In this document: in pieces, positions 27,806-37,375 of the stretch
Layout: each line of letters starts with the position of its first letter
How positions within the stretch are numbered: position 1 is the stretch's first letter
Origin: Candidatus Hermodarchaeota archaeon
Lineage (GTDB): Archaea > Asgardarchaeota > Lokiarchaeia > Sigyniarchaeales > SOKP01
DNA length: 64,000 nucleotides
NCBI GenBank assembly: GCA_048885525.1
Contig: JBHLLP010000008.1
Location: forward strand, 32,001 to 96,000
Reading direction: 5' to 3'
Program-made: the position numbers and the translations under genes
The notes under the pieces: generated by a model
Told to the model about the DNA's origin: nothing
The model's database searches: none
What the model saw: only the letters and a program-made list of their open reading frames with translations

Positions 27806-28930
27806 TTAACTTTCTTCGTTTAAAGATTTAATTCGATTAATTCCATTAAATTCTTCAATTAAATCAACTACTTCTTTTGGTACTAATCTTTTCCATTTCT
27901 TGTTATTATTTTTAATTAGATATCTAATATTGTTACCGTTGAATTGTTTTTTAAAAATGGCAATCTTTTTTTCGACTCTAATTCCATTATTATAAAACAA
28001 TTCTCTCACCCAATCACTATTTGAAAAAACTGAATTAAATTCACCCACAATAGAGATTACATGATCTACCCATTTTTTCGCGTTAAAAATATCTGGAATA
28101 TAATATATTTCATATCTCTTTTGGGAGATATTTCTTTTTTTTAAAGCGGCATTGAGAAATTTTTTTCTTTCTTCGCTACTAAATGGATCATTTACTGTAT
28201 TAGATAACTGAGAGCTTCCCATACCAATTTTAACTTTTTTAAAAGACTTTAAAATTTCTCTAATAACATAAATATGACCATGATGCAAAGGTTGAAATCT
28301 TCCAATAAATAAAGCAATACTATATTCATTTTTAATAGATGGTTCTATTTTTTTCTCGAAGAGAGAAGAAATATTTGTTTTTAAGAGTTTTTTCCAAATT
28401 TTTTTTGAGTAATCTATATATTTCTCAGTTTCTAACAATTTTTCAAGTTCATCTTTATTATAGAATCTACTAAATCTAACATCTAATTCTTCAGGATCCG
28501 GATTTAAAGGAATATTATTATCGACAATACCCAAAAAAATGTATGCTACTTCATCACCTTCAGTGTTTAAATCATAGAATTGAACTTTTCGAATATCTTT
28601 AGGAGAAATTCCAAATTCTTCCTTAAGTTCTCGTAATGCATTTTTCTTTATTTTATTTAGATCTAAGTATTTTGTCCAAGATATATGCCCTGAAGATGAG
28701 TCGGTAAAATACTCTGGGAATTCTTTTTTATTTTTTCCACGTTTTTGTATCAAATATGAAATTGCTCCATCTGGGGATATCGATAATATAAAAAATCTTG
28801 TAATTAAATGACTTATGTTTTTCTTATGGGCTTCTGTTCTTTCCATCGGAAAAACATATTTAGAAATCTGGCCAGATTGTAAAAATTTTTTGTTTTCCTT
28901 TTCAATACAAGCCAATATTTCATTATTCAT
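27806..28930 (-). CDS. Fusion of N-terminal Nudix domain and C-terminal NMN adenylyltransferase (NadM-like)
   Basis: IQKRG..SSSGH..ALRELKEEFGI; FIGRFQPLHHGH, GSSQ, DPFSSEER, LVPKEV. Confidence 0.88.
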   Translation of the reverse strand: MNNEILACIEKENKKFLQSGQISKYVFPMERTEAHKKNISHLITRFFILSISPDGAISYLIQKRGKNKKEFPEYFTDSSSGHISWTKYLDLNKIKKNALRELKEEFGISPKDIRKVQFYDLNTEGDEVAYIFLGIVDNNIPLNPDPEELDVRFSRFYNKDELEKLLETEKYIDYSKKIWKKLLKTNISSLFEKKIEPSIKNEYSIALFIGRFQPLHHGHIYVIREILKSFKKVKIGMGSSQLSNTVNDPFSSEERKKFLNAALKKRNISQKRYEIYYIPDIFNAKKWVDHVISIVGEFNSVFSNSDWVRELFYNNGIRVEKKIAIFKKQFNGNNIRYLIKNNNKKWKRLVPKEVVDLIEEFNGINRIKSLNEES

Positions 28931-28946
28931 AATTAAACACTTGTCT

Positions 28947-29777
28947 TTATAATTTTAAGACTAAAATATCTCCTATCTCAAACCCTAATTTCTCAGACGC
29001 ATCCCCTTGATTAATAGAAAGTTCAAGAAAGCCTGTTGAACCAGGAAGAAATAAAATTGATTCAAGTGGGACTTTTGAAAAGTGTGAAGTGAAGAATCCT
29101 TTATGTAATTTTTCTCTTATTTTAACTCTAATCTCTGAACCTTCATGTAATACAAAATTACTATTTTGAATTCTATTATCTGCTAATTGAATATTGGTTA
29201 TTCCATTACCAAACGAATCAATATATTGAATCGCACATTGAATAACTTTTTTTTTAACATCAATATCATATGTAAGTTTATATTCTTGTAATTTATTAAG
29301 ATTAAAAATAGGACCAAATTTTTTCAATGGAATACCAGAAATTAAATGTGCCGCTATAGGGGCCATAATATCTCTTCCATGAAATGTACTTGAAATTGGT
29401 TTTTTAAAAAATTCATCATTTTGGACTTCTATACATTCTGAAATATTATTGATAAAAAAATCAGAGAATATTCCATTATTAGGGCCTATAAAATAGTGGT
29501 TTGATTTTGTTTTTATTATTAAAATTTCTCGCGAACTTCCAACCCCTGGATCAACTACGATTATAAAAACGGTTCCTTTAGGAAAATACAGATAAGTTGT
29601 TTTTAATATATATGAAGCTTCAATTATTGAGTATGGAGTAATTTGATGTGAAACGTCTATTATTTTAATATTAGGATTAACATTTAGTATAACAGCTTTC
29701 ATACTAGCTATATAATGCTCACCTTTTGCACCGAAATCTGTAATTAAACCTATTATTTTTTGATTGAAATCTACCAT
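28947..29777 (-). CDS. SAM hydroxide adenosyltransferase (DUF62, chlorinase/fluorinase family)
   Basis: LITDFG, VVDPGVGSSR, GPNNG, STFHGRDIMAP, IDSFGN, GFLELSINQG. Confidence 0.92.
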   Translation of the reverse strand: MVDFNQKIIGLITDFGAKGEHYIASMKAVILNVNPNIKIIDVSHQITPYSIIEASYILKTTYLYFPKGTVFIIVVDPGVGSSREILIIKTKSNHYFIGPNNGIFSDFFINNISECIEVQNDEFFKKPISSTFHGRDIMAPIAAHLISGIPLKKFGPIFNLNKLQEYKLTYDIDVKKKVIQCAIQYIDSFGNGITNIQLADNRIQNSNFVLHEGSEIRVKIREKLHKGFFTSHFSKVPLESILFLPGSTGFLELSINQGDASEKLGFEIGDILVLKL

Positions 29778-29838
29778 TTCGAGAAGAAAATAAGGAATTT
29801 GATAGGGAAATATTTATGAAAAATAAAGCAACTGGAAT

Positions 29839-30744
29839 TTATTTATTTTTTCTATATTTCTGATCGATTTTATAAAAATCTTCTAATGCCTTTGATTTTA
29901 ATCTATATTCCTCTTCTTTATCGAATTGGATTAATTTTTTAGAAATAATACCTGCTCTTCTATAATATGTATAGGCTGTATGAAAATCTTCATTTCTAAG
30001 AGCATTCCTGGCTTCTTGTATAATTCTTTCCCTTTCTTTTGATAGGTCAGGAATTCTTTGAGAGAAATCACCTTTTTCTTTAAGTGAACTAGCTATATCC
30101 ATTATATAGAGACTTTCTGCGATTTCTGCTGCTTTATTGTAAAATTTGGCTGCTTTTTCATAATCTAAAGCTTTTATTGCTTTTTCAGCCATTTTATAGT
30201 TTTCCGAAATTTTGTTATGTTCTTCATTTTCAATTTTCTCTAGAAGTTCTTGAGCGATTTTTCTTTCTTTTTTTTCACCGCTAAGCATAAATTTAGTGAT
30301 GTTAATAATACTATCTTTTAAGGCTTCAGGTTGAAGAATATCGATTAATGGTTCTAAATGCTCCAAATACACATCCTTCAATATTATTTCAAATTCTTCT
30401 CTAGATTTCTTAAGAATATTAAGACTTGGAATTTCAAAAGATTCTGCTGCTTCTTTAAGAGATGAACGAAATTTCTCTGGTTTATCATTTTCATTTAATA
30501 ATAACCCTATTATAATTCCAGAGGCTCTCCGGGATATTTTTCCTTTGAAATTGTAAAGATATGAAAAAATTTGAAGATCCTTTATTTTTAACAAATTATA
30601 TTCATTTTTTGAATGGTCAAGATTTAACCTAAGAAATAAATCATTTGAAATTTCAAAATCGATTTTACCTTCTTTAAAATAATACCCCATTACCTTATAA
30701 TCAGAATCGGTTGGAAGTAATATTACAAAACAACCTGATGGCAT
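29839..30744 (-). CDS. Hypothetical: possible longin-like N-domain plus helical TPR/SNAP-like repeats
   Basis: Beta-rich N-terminus (IIIGLLLNENDKPEKF); KAAKFYNKAAEIA and AYTYYRRAG helices. Confidence 0.5.
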   Translation of the reverse strand: MPSGCFVILLPTDSDYKVMGYYFKEGKIDFEISNDLFLRLNLDHSKNEYNLLKIKDLQIFSYLYNFKGKISRRASGIIIGLLLNENDKPEKFRSSLKEAAESFEIPSLNILKKSREEFEIILKDVYLEHLEPLIDILQPEALKDSIINITKFMLSGEKKERKIAQELLEKIENEEHNKISENYKMAEKAIKALDYEKAAKFYNKAAEIAESLYIMDIASSLKEKGDFSQRIPDLSKERERIIQEARNALRNEDFHTAYTYYRRAGIISKKLIQFDKEEEYRLKSKALEDFYKIDQKYRKNK

Positions 30745-30816
30745 TAGAAATTATACACCTTTTTGTTTAATTTTATTGAATTAGCATTAAAATCAAGATA
30801 AAAAAATTTAATAATT

Positions 30817-31248
30817 TTAAGATTGACTTGCACTAATAATTCTATTAGTTTCCTCTCGTATTGAAGAGATTATGTTTAATAGTTGAGCATAATATAAATT
30901 GTCTGCTACTGCTTTTGAAGCTTGTCTGATAATCTCTATAGCTTTCTTTTCTTCTTCAGTTATAACTTCGATAGCTTTTTTATCCCAAAGCTCTTTAATT
31001 TTTTGATTAAAATCATCTGAAAGTTCTTGCAAACTTTTACCAGATTGAACTCTGAATTGTTTTAAAACTTCTACGATTAATCTTATATTTTCTGTCATTG
31101 CAACTGTCTGCTCAGAAAAACTTTGACTCATTTGGTTAATTGCACCCCTCATTTGGTTAATTTGAGCGATAGTCCCGTCTAATGAAGCCATAATTTGATT
31201 TATTTTTTGAATCATTTCTTCAAGTAATTGTTCTGCCAATTCACTCAC
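30817..31248 (-). CDS. Hypothetical coiled-coil protein
   Basis: Heptad-rich 143 aa; GGTGA RBS. Confidence 0.65.
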   Translation of the reverse strand: MSELAEQLLEEMIQKINQIMASLDGTIAQINQMRGAINQMSQSFSEQTVAMTENIRLIVEVLKQFRVQSGKSLQELSDDFNQKIKELWDKKAIEVITEEEKKAIEIIRQASKAVADNLYYAQLLNIISSIREETNRIISASQS

Positions 31249-31270
31249 CTAATTTTAAGATTAAGATATT

Positions 31271-31684
31271 TCATTCTAACACTTCTTCTTCTTTAATAGA
31301 TTGTTTAAGGCTCTTAACAGAATCAATCGCTTCTGATAATAACAAATTTACTGTATCTTGATTAAGAACACTTTCAGATAATTTAGAAAAATCCTCAAGT
31401 TTTTTAATAAGATTAGTTAGAGCATCTAATCCTAAACCTTCTTGAATTACATTTAATTCTTTAGTTGTTCCTTCTCCAATCTCTTTTACTACATCAATGT
31501 GTTTAGTTTGAGTAACTTTAATTTCATTAGAAAATTCTACCAATTTTCTTGTTAGATTTGCAATTTTGTCTTCTATGTTTTGATTAAGCAAATTAAGAGA
31601 TTCATTTAGTTGTTGAATTGATTGACCTAATTGAGCTATTCTCTTATAGATATTTTGAAGCAGATCTGTTAACATTTCAGCCAT
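31271..31684 (-). CDS. Hypothetical coiled-coil protein
   Basis: Heptad-rich 137 aa. Confidence 0.65.
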   Translation of the reverse strand: MAEMLTDLLQNIYKRIAQLGQSIQQLNESLNLLNQNIEDKIANLTRKLVEFSNEIKVTQTKHIDVVKEIGEGTTKELNVIQEGLGLDALTNLIKKLEDFSKLSESVLNQDTVNLLLSEAIDSVKSLKQSIKEEEVLE

Positions 31685-31836
31685 AGCTATTCAGCTTTTT
31701 TAAATTTTTTTTACTAATATAAAAATGTCTCTTTTTATCACTTCAATTATTAATATAACAGATTACACCAATAAAAAAATTTTTATCTTTTTTCTGATTT
31801 AATTAGTTTATAATAATTTCATATTTTCATTTATTT

Positions 31837-31981
31837 GGGCCATTAGCTCAGCTTGGTTAACAAGTTTTTGTTGCTTGGTCAACAAGCGCAGGTCTTATAA
31901 ATGACCATCGGACATACATAAAAAACATTTGTCCGAAAAAGTAAAAACCTGAGATCCGGGGTTCGAATCCCCGATGGCCCA
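31837..31981 (+). tRNA. tRNA-Ile(TAT) with two introns (21/22: 31860-31883; anticodon loop: about 31901-31946)
   Basis: Acceptor GGGCCAT/ATGGCCC, A73; anticodon stem CAGGT/ACCTG, loop CT-TAT-AA; T arm CGGGG-TTCGAAT-CCCCG; first intron forms a strict BHB. Confidence 0.85.
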
Positions 31982-32139
31982 TTTTATATAAAGTATTTAA
32001 GTAATTGTTTCGAGATTTGATATATAATTCGTGAAACATCTATTTTACGTCTTTTTATATATACTGAGATAATATCTCTTTAAATGATGAGAATGAATTA
32101 TTTTAAAATAAAGAAGAATATTTCTTGAAGGAATATTTA

Positions 32140-32820
32140 TTATTTATCTAGAAAGGAACTAATTAAGTCAAGAAGCCATTTCTTTATTTGCGTGAGGTTT
32201 TTGAGAAGACCGGGGACAAGATTTTGAGGGAAAGTATGTTCTTGTTCTAACCTTTGAGCAGTTTCCATCCATTTATTTAAAGCTAATTGTACTAGACTAG
32301 CACCTTCAGCTTCCATGAATATTGGGACGACAGCTGCAGATTCTCTAGCATCCCCAATAGCGAAATAAATTCTTCTATTTATCCCTTTGAGCAATACTAA
32401 ATTTGCACACTCATCAAGTTTTCTCTCAACTAAAATACTTTTCAAAATCTGAGTTTTCAATTCTCCATCCTTTGAAGCAAAATTTGCTTTTCTTTTTTTA
32501 AGTAATGGTTGAATTTCTGTTATAACTTTATCGCCAGTAGTTCCTTCGCTAAAATATTTAGTAATTTTTAAAGAATTTTCTAAACCTTCTATTGCTATAA
32601 ATTTCTTGTCATTTGAATATAAAATAGCTTTTGAACCCCCTTGTTCTTCACTTGAAGATTGTTTTATATAGATATTTCTCATAGTCACAGAATTACATGA
32701 GTGATAAGCTATTTCAAACAATTCTCGAGGAATTAAAGGACTATATGGCTCTTCTATTTGTTTGAAAGGCCATTGAGAAATAATAACATTATTAAATTGG
32801 TTTAATAGCCGATTTTCCAT
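32140..32820 (-). CDS. Hypothetical protein
   Basis: 226-aa ORF, GGGAT RBS, no recognised motif. Confidence 0.7.
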   Translation of the reverse strand: MENRLLNQFNNVIISQWPFKQIEEPYSPLIPRELFEIAYHSCNSVTMRNIYIKQSSSEEQGGSKAILYSNDKKFIAIEGLENSLKITKYFSEGTTGDKVITEIQPLLKKRKANFASKDGELKTQILKSILVERKLDECANLVLLKGINRRIYFAIGDARESAAVVPIFMEAEGASLVQLALNKWMETAQRLEQEHTFPQNLVPGLLKNLTQIKKWLLDLISSFLDK

Positions 32821-32943
32821 TATGAATCCCTTTCTATCGATTTAGTATTGATCGTATAATTTTTATTAAAATATAGAACTTCTAGTTTTTATTTATTTTT
32901 ATTTCTTTTTAGATAGAATATTAAAAGATATGTATTAAATTTA

Positions 32944-34308
32944 TTATTCTACTATTTGTTTATACGCTTTTTCAAATCTCTCGATAGCTAAAATGATATC
33001 TTTTTCTGATGCTCCGATTGCAGCATTCATTACAATATAAGGGGTAGGATAACTACTACAACATGTTCCAAATGCATTTTCTTTTGGATTGTATACTCTT
33101 GGTCCCGTAACTCTTAAGTTATACAATGCTCCACCAAGGGCATATAATTGTTTTTGATTCAAATTTTGTAGGGACAGTGCTACAGCAACTGGATTATAAA
33201 TGTCAAGAATTCTCTCATTTATATCACCAGCGATTTTTTTTAGTTGTCTTTCAAGTGTCTTACGATTTTGTTGCTGTTCTTTAAGTAGTTTTTGATAACC
33301 CTCTAATCCAATCGATAACATTGATATTAAGAAGTTTACTATTGGAGTAGCTGAGGCACGTCCAGCATATGATTCGCTGATTTTAATTATATTTTCTTTT
33401 GATGGTGATGCAATTACAGCACCACCAACTGGTGTGAGAAAATTTTTATCGGTTGATTGGATTATAGCATCTACTCGCCCGGCATCAATCGCAGATCTAA
33501 TCAATTTCATCCATTCTGAACTTTGGACACCATATGCATTAATAACGATATGAACAAGATCATTTTTTTGAGCGAATTTACTGATTTCTTTAATATCATC
33601 ATGTTCTCGAGGAGGAAAAAAGCTGGTAATTGAGATGATGGCAAAGCAGTTATCATTAAAATTATTTTTAATATGTTCAATTGGAATCCTGACCGCATCT
33701 CCAAAAATCTGTCCAGGTATAATCTTTGATTTAAGACCGATTAAATCAATCGATTTTAAGAGAGATTTATGATCTATTTGTGGAACTAAGACTGTTTGTT
33801 TATGATTTAAATTAGCTTTACTTGGATCTGATTTTAAAGCACTTAATGTTAATGATAAAGACATTCCGGTACATATTGGAACTACAATTGCATCCTTAAT
33901 ATTTGGTAATCCAGTATTTCTTAAAATATTACAAGCTAAGTAATTCGAAAGTGTATACATTATTGATGCACCAGGAGCTTTCGGTTGAGGTGCTGTTAGA
34001 AATCCGCTTCTTCCCACTCCATGGCAGAATCCTGACGATGTTCTTAAATGTAATTTTGAAGCAATTCTTGCTTCTCGTTCCCCTACTCTAGCGGCATTAC
34101 TATCTTTATCTGTATCCATATGCGAGAGAGTTTGAAGTAAGAATTCAATTTGTTCATCACTCCAAGGTTTATTAGGTACCGATCTTTGCTCAAATAAAAC
34201 TTTTATTGGATTTAAAAACTCATTTAAAACAAGCTGGCCTCGATTAAGCATATTTTCGGGAATATTTGAGCTTTCAAAAAATTTAATAATTTTATTAAAG
34301 TCTACCAT
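32944..34308 (-). CDS. spcS: O-phosphoseryl-tRNA(Sec) selenium transferase (SepSecS)
   Basis: MDTD, VGEREAR, HGVGRSG..QPKAPG, GRVDAIIQSTDKNFLTPVGG, YAGRAS; directly downstream of tRNA-Sec. Confidence 0.96.
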   Translation of the reverse strand: MVDFNKIIKFFESSNIPENMLNRGQLVLNEFLNPIKVLFEQRSVPNKPWSDEQIEFLLQTLSHMDTDKDSNAARVGEREARIASKLHLRTSSGFCHGVGRSGFLTAPQPKAPGASIMYTLSNYLACNILRNTGLPNIKDAIVVPICTGMSLSLTLSALKSDPSKANLNHKQTVLVPQIDHKSLLKSIDLIGLKSKIIPGQIFGDAVRIPIEHIKNNFNDNCFAIISITSFFPPREHDDIKEISKFAQKNDLVHIVINAYGVQSSEWMKLIRSAIDAGRVDAIIQSTDKNFLTPVGGAVIASPSKENIIKISESYAGRASATPIVNFLISMLSIGLEGYQKLLKEQQQNRKTLERQLKKIAGDINERILDIYNPVAVALSLQNLNQKQLYALGGALYNLRVTGPRVYNPKENAFGTCCSSYPTPYIVMNAAIGASEKDIILAIERFEKAYKQIVE

Positions 34309-34341
34309 TGAAAACGCAACATGATTAGATTTATAATAGAT

Positions 34342-34434
34342 TGGCGGCCCTTGAGGGGAATCGAACCCCTATCCCTCCGCAGGATAGCTGGGTTTGAAGC
34401 CCAGCGTCAGAGACCACTCCAACCGTCAAGGGCC
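34342..34434 (-). tRNA. selC: tRNA-Sec(TCA), 9/4 fold, CCA encoded
   Basis: 9-bp acceptor GGCCCTTGA/TCAAGGGCC, 7-bp D stem with 4-nt loop, GCTGGG-CTTCAAA-CCCAGC, long variable arm, 4-bp T stem, G73-CCA. Confidence 0.97.
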
Positions 34435-34524
34435 ATAATAATAATTCTTTCTAATTCAAAATATATATCTTTTTAAAAGAAGTTTTTGGTTATAACCGAT
34501 GAAATAAAACAATTTGGAAAATTA

Positions 34525-35739
34525 TTAAAAAAAATCTGACACTTTTTTCCCTTCTTCAAAAATAGCATTAGCTTTTTGCATAATATCGGGAATATCTATT
34601 TGTTGTGGACACTTCTCAAGACATTCTCCACATTGAATACATAATGCGGCAGCTCCATCTACTTCGTCTCCGCGAGATAATCCTTCTTCGAAAGCTTCTT
34701 TAGTTTTTGCCATCCTATCATAAAAGAATGAAATTCTGTCTTTACGTTCCTCTCCCCAATATCCTAAATCATTTAAAAACCTAAACACCCAGGGAATAGA
34801 AACACCATTAGGACAGGGTAAGCAATATCTACAACTTGTACATGGCACAAGATCATATTTATCATAAGCATTACGCAATTCATCAATGGTATGCAGTTCA
34901 ACTTTAGTTAAACTATTGCTTGCAGATTTATGTGCTGATTCGATATTTTCTTTAACTTGTTGCATATTGCTCATACCACTTAACACAACCGATACTTCAG
35001 GATGGTTCCAGACGAATTGTAAAGCCCAATCAGCCATAGTTCTTTTAATATTCGATCTATTTAAAATTCTTTTTATTTCAGGTTTTGTATTTAATTTTTT
35101 CTCCGGGATCGCTAACTTACCACCTCTTATTGGCTCCATAATAATTAAAGCAATACCTCTACTACCAGCAAATTTAACTCCTTTTATGCCTGCTTGATAA
35201 TTCACATCAAGATAGTTATATTGAATTTGACAACAGTCCCAATGATAATAATCGATAATTTCTTTAAATACTTCAAAATTATCATGAAATGAGAATCCAA
35301 TATATTTAAACAGACCGTTCTCTTTTGCCTGTTCCATTTTTTCAATTAAATTTAATTCCTTGATTTTATCTAATCGATTTTTATTTAAACCATGGAAGAA
35401 ATAGATATCTGGATTTGTTTGTAATCTCTGAATTTGTTCACTAAGAAGTCTATTAAAGTCCTCTCTTTTCTTAACTAACCATAATGGTGATTTTGTCGTA
35501 AGATATACTCTCTCTCGATATCCTTCTTGGAGTGCCTTCCCCACAATTACTTCGCTTTGCCCATTATGATAAGGATATGCTGTGTCTATATAATTTACTC
35601 CATTCTCAATAGCATAACGAATCATTTTTATTGCCTCCTCTTCATTAACCGTGTTTTGATCAATCATAGGTAGTCGCATAGCACCAAATCCCAGAACCGA
35701 TACTTCCCATTCAAGGGATCCCATTTTTCTGTATTTCAT
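34525..35739 (-). CDS. Aldo/keto reductase with C-terminal 4Fe-4S dicluster
   Basis: LGFGAMRLP, NYIDTAYPY, GFSFH, MEPIRGG, CTSCRYCLPCP, CIQCGECLEKCPQ. Confidence 0.92.
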   Translation of the reverse strand: MKYRKMGSLEWEVSVLGFGAMRLPMIDQNTVNEEEAIKMIRYAIENGVNYIDTAYPYHNGQSEVIVGKALQEGYRERVYLTTKSPLWLVKKREDFNRLLSEQIQRLQTNPDIYFFHGLNKNRLDKIKELNLIEKMEQAKENGLFKYIGFSFHDNFEVFKEIIDYYHWDCCQIQYNYLDVNYQAGIKGVKFAGSRGIALIIMEPIRGGKLAIPEKKLNTKPEIKRILNRSNIKRTMADWALQFVWNHPEVSVVLSGMSNMQQVKENIESAHKSASNSLTKVELHTIDELRNAYDKYDLVPCTSCRYCLPCPNGVSIPWVFRFLNDLGYWGEERKDRISFFYDRMAKTKEAFEEGLSRGDEVDGAAALCIQCGECLEKCPQQIDIPDIMQKANAIFEEGKKVSDFF

Positions 35740-35937
35740 AATAGTTTTATTAATTTATTCCGTAATTTCTTATATATTGTATTTCAATTAATTGTGTAGA
35801 TATTATAAGTTTTAATAAAAGCTCTTTTTTAAAATAAGAGTAATTTAATTAACGAATTACTAAAAATTTGGAGAGTTTTTCTTTTTATAAAGAGCAACTG
35901 TTACTTTTTTTATTAATAGTATCAAAAGTGAAAATTT

Positions 35938-36090
35938 ATGATTAGTGATTCAAATTTAGTATTTGATTTACATATAATCGAATGTCCCTTTTTTCCATCA
36001 TGTGAACTGCCAAAAATACAGTTCTTATGTAAAATTCCAAATTGCAGAAATTGTCCAGACTATATTTCTAAATTAGAAAAAATTAAATAG
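35938..36090 (+). CDS. Small Cys-rich protein (50 aa)
   Basis: Hand translation MISDSNLVFDLHIIECPFFPSCELPKIQFLCKIPNCRNCPDYISKLEKIK*. Confidence 0.6.
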   Translation: MISDSNLVFDLHIIECPFFPSCELPKIQFLCKIPNCRNCPDYISKLEKIK

Positions 36091-36106
36091 TAATTCTAAT
36101 AGATTT

Positions 36107-36829
36107 TTAAAATTTACTATTAATTTGGTCTCTATATTTGATATATTCTTTAATTAATTTAATTTTATCAAGTTTAAATCTTTTTAAGTTAAGTTCTGAG
36201 AGATTATAACCATAAACTTTCTCAATAAAATTTGAAATCATATAAGCTGTTGCACCCCATACTGTAAATATTTTTCCGTTTTCTTTTTTTGTATAATTAA
36301 AATAAAAGATAGGAAATTTACTCCCAGTGATGTCAACAGCTTGTTCTCTAAAATTAATCTTATTTGTAAAAAAATCAATTGGGATTCTTACAATTTCTTG
36401 AACTTCTCTATCATCTTTTATTAACTTTTGATTTTTATCAATAATTCCAACAAAGGGAGTGATAATATATCTTGTCATCGTAGGAAAATCATCAAGACAT
36501 CCAATTATTTTTATATCTTCACGTGATATTCCTATTTCTTCTTCTGTTTCTCTTAATGCAGTATCTTTTAAGGAATTATCTAAAAAAGGGTCAAATTTTC
36601 CTCCTGGAAATGACATTTCACCTTTATGTCTTGAGCCCTTATTTGATCTATGAATTAAAACTAATTCATATGGTTGATCTTTGTAGGGTATGATTGAAAA
36701 AAGAACAGCTGAACTGGTGAAAAATTTATCTTTAATAGAAACTCTTTGAGGTGAATCACATAAATATAAAGATTTTTTGATTAAATTTTCATTGAAAATC
36801 AAGCTAGCTCTATTCATTTGTTCTAGCAA
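36107..36829 (-). CDS. Nudix CoA pyrophosphatase (NudL-like)
   Basis: SAVL, HKGEMSFPGG, ALRETEEEIG, ITPFVG, VWGATA. Confidence 0.9.
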   Translation of the reverse strand: MLEQMNRASLIFNENLIKKSLYLCDSPQRVSIKDKFFTSSAVLFSIIPYKDQPYELVLIHRSNKGSRHKGEMSFPGGKFDPFLDNSLKDTALRETEEEIGISREDIKIIGCLDDFPTMTRYIITPFVGIIDKNQKLIKDDREVQEIVRIPIDFFTNKINFREQAVDITGSKFPIFYFNYTKKENGKIFTVWGATAYMISNFIEKVYGYNLSELNLKRFKLDKIKLIKEYIKYRDQINSKF

Positions 36830-36902
36830 AAATTTTAAGATAGTAATTATTTAAAAAAACATAATATTCTATCATAATAAAGTTTTTAGCAAGTGTTTTA
36901 AC

Positions 36903-37202
36903 GTGAAACTCCCGAAAGAGCTTAGAGATAAAGGAGAATTAAGTGGATCAACTAAAAATAGAAAGTGTTCAATAAAAGATTGTAGTGAATTTGCTATTCG
37001 TTCGCTTTCAGAAAGTTCTTGGAAATTATATATTGAAAAAGCAGGCTTAAAATATAATAAAAATGCACGACATAAGATTTATTTGTGTAAAATCCATTAT
37101 AATCAATCAAATAAATATAGAAAATCACAAGAAAAGATATTTCAGAAAAAAGGATTTTTAGATAATTCAATTGCAGTTAAAAAAGGCAAATGGGATTATT
37201 AA
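36903..37202 (+). CDS. Small basic hypothetical protein with Cys/His motif
   Basis: CSIKDC...YLCKIHY. Confidence 0.65.
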   Translation: MKLPKELRDKGELSGSTKNRKCSIKDCSEFAIRSLSESSWKLYIEKAGLKYNKNARHKIYLCKIHYNQSNKYRKSQEKIFQKKGFLDNSIAVKKGKWDY

Positions 37203-37324
37203 GGAATCATAACCATTTGTTCATAAATTGAATTTACTAAATAATATTGTCCTTGAATAATTCCAATAGTTAAAAGCGATAATCCAACAAGTAAAATTAT
37301 AATTGCAACTAATTTATTTCTCAT
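37199..37324 (-). CDS. Single-TM microprotein (41 aa)
   Basis: MRNKLVAIIILLVGLSLLTIGIIQGQYYLVNSIYEQMVMIP*; co-oriented downstream of 37376-38257. Confidence 0.5.
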   Translation of the reverse strand: MRNKLVAIIILLVGLSLLTIGIIQGQYYLVNSIYEQMVMIP

Positions 37325-37375
37325 ACTTCTCGTAACTTTAAATATTTCTTAATAAAAATAGTTTAACAATTAATT

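Noticed and set aside
31891-31912. Alternative splicing giving a CAT anticodon (removing TATAAATGAC)
   Set aside because: Needs a 10-nt intron with no BHB geometry; TAT fits directly.
31857-32039. 60-aa minus-strand ORF
   Set aside because: Antisense to the tRNA-Ile gene.
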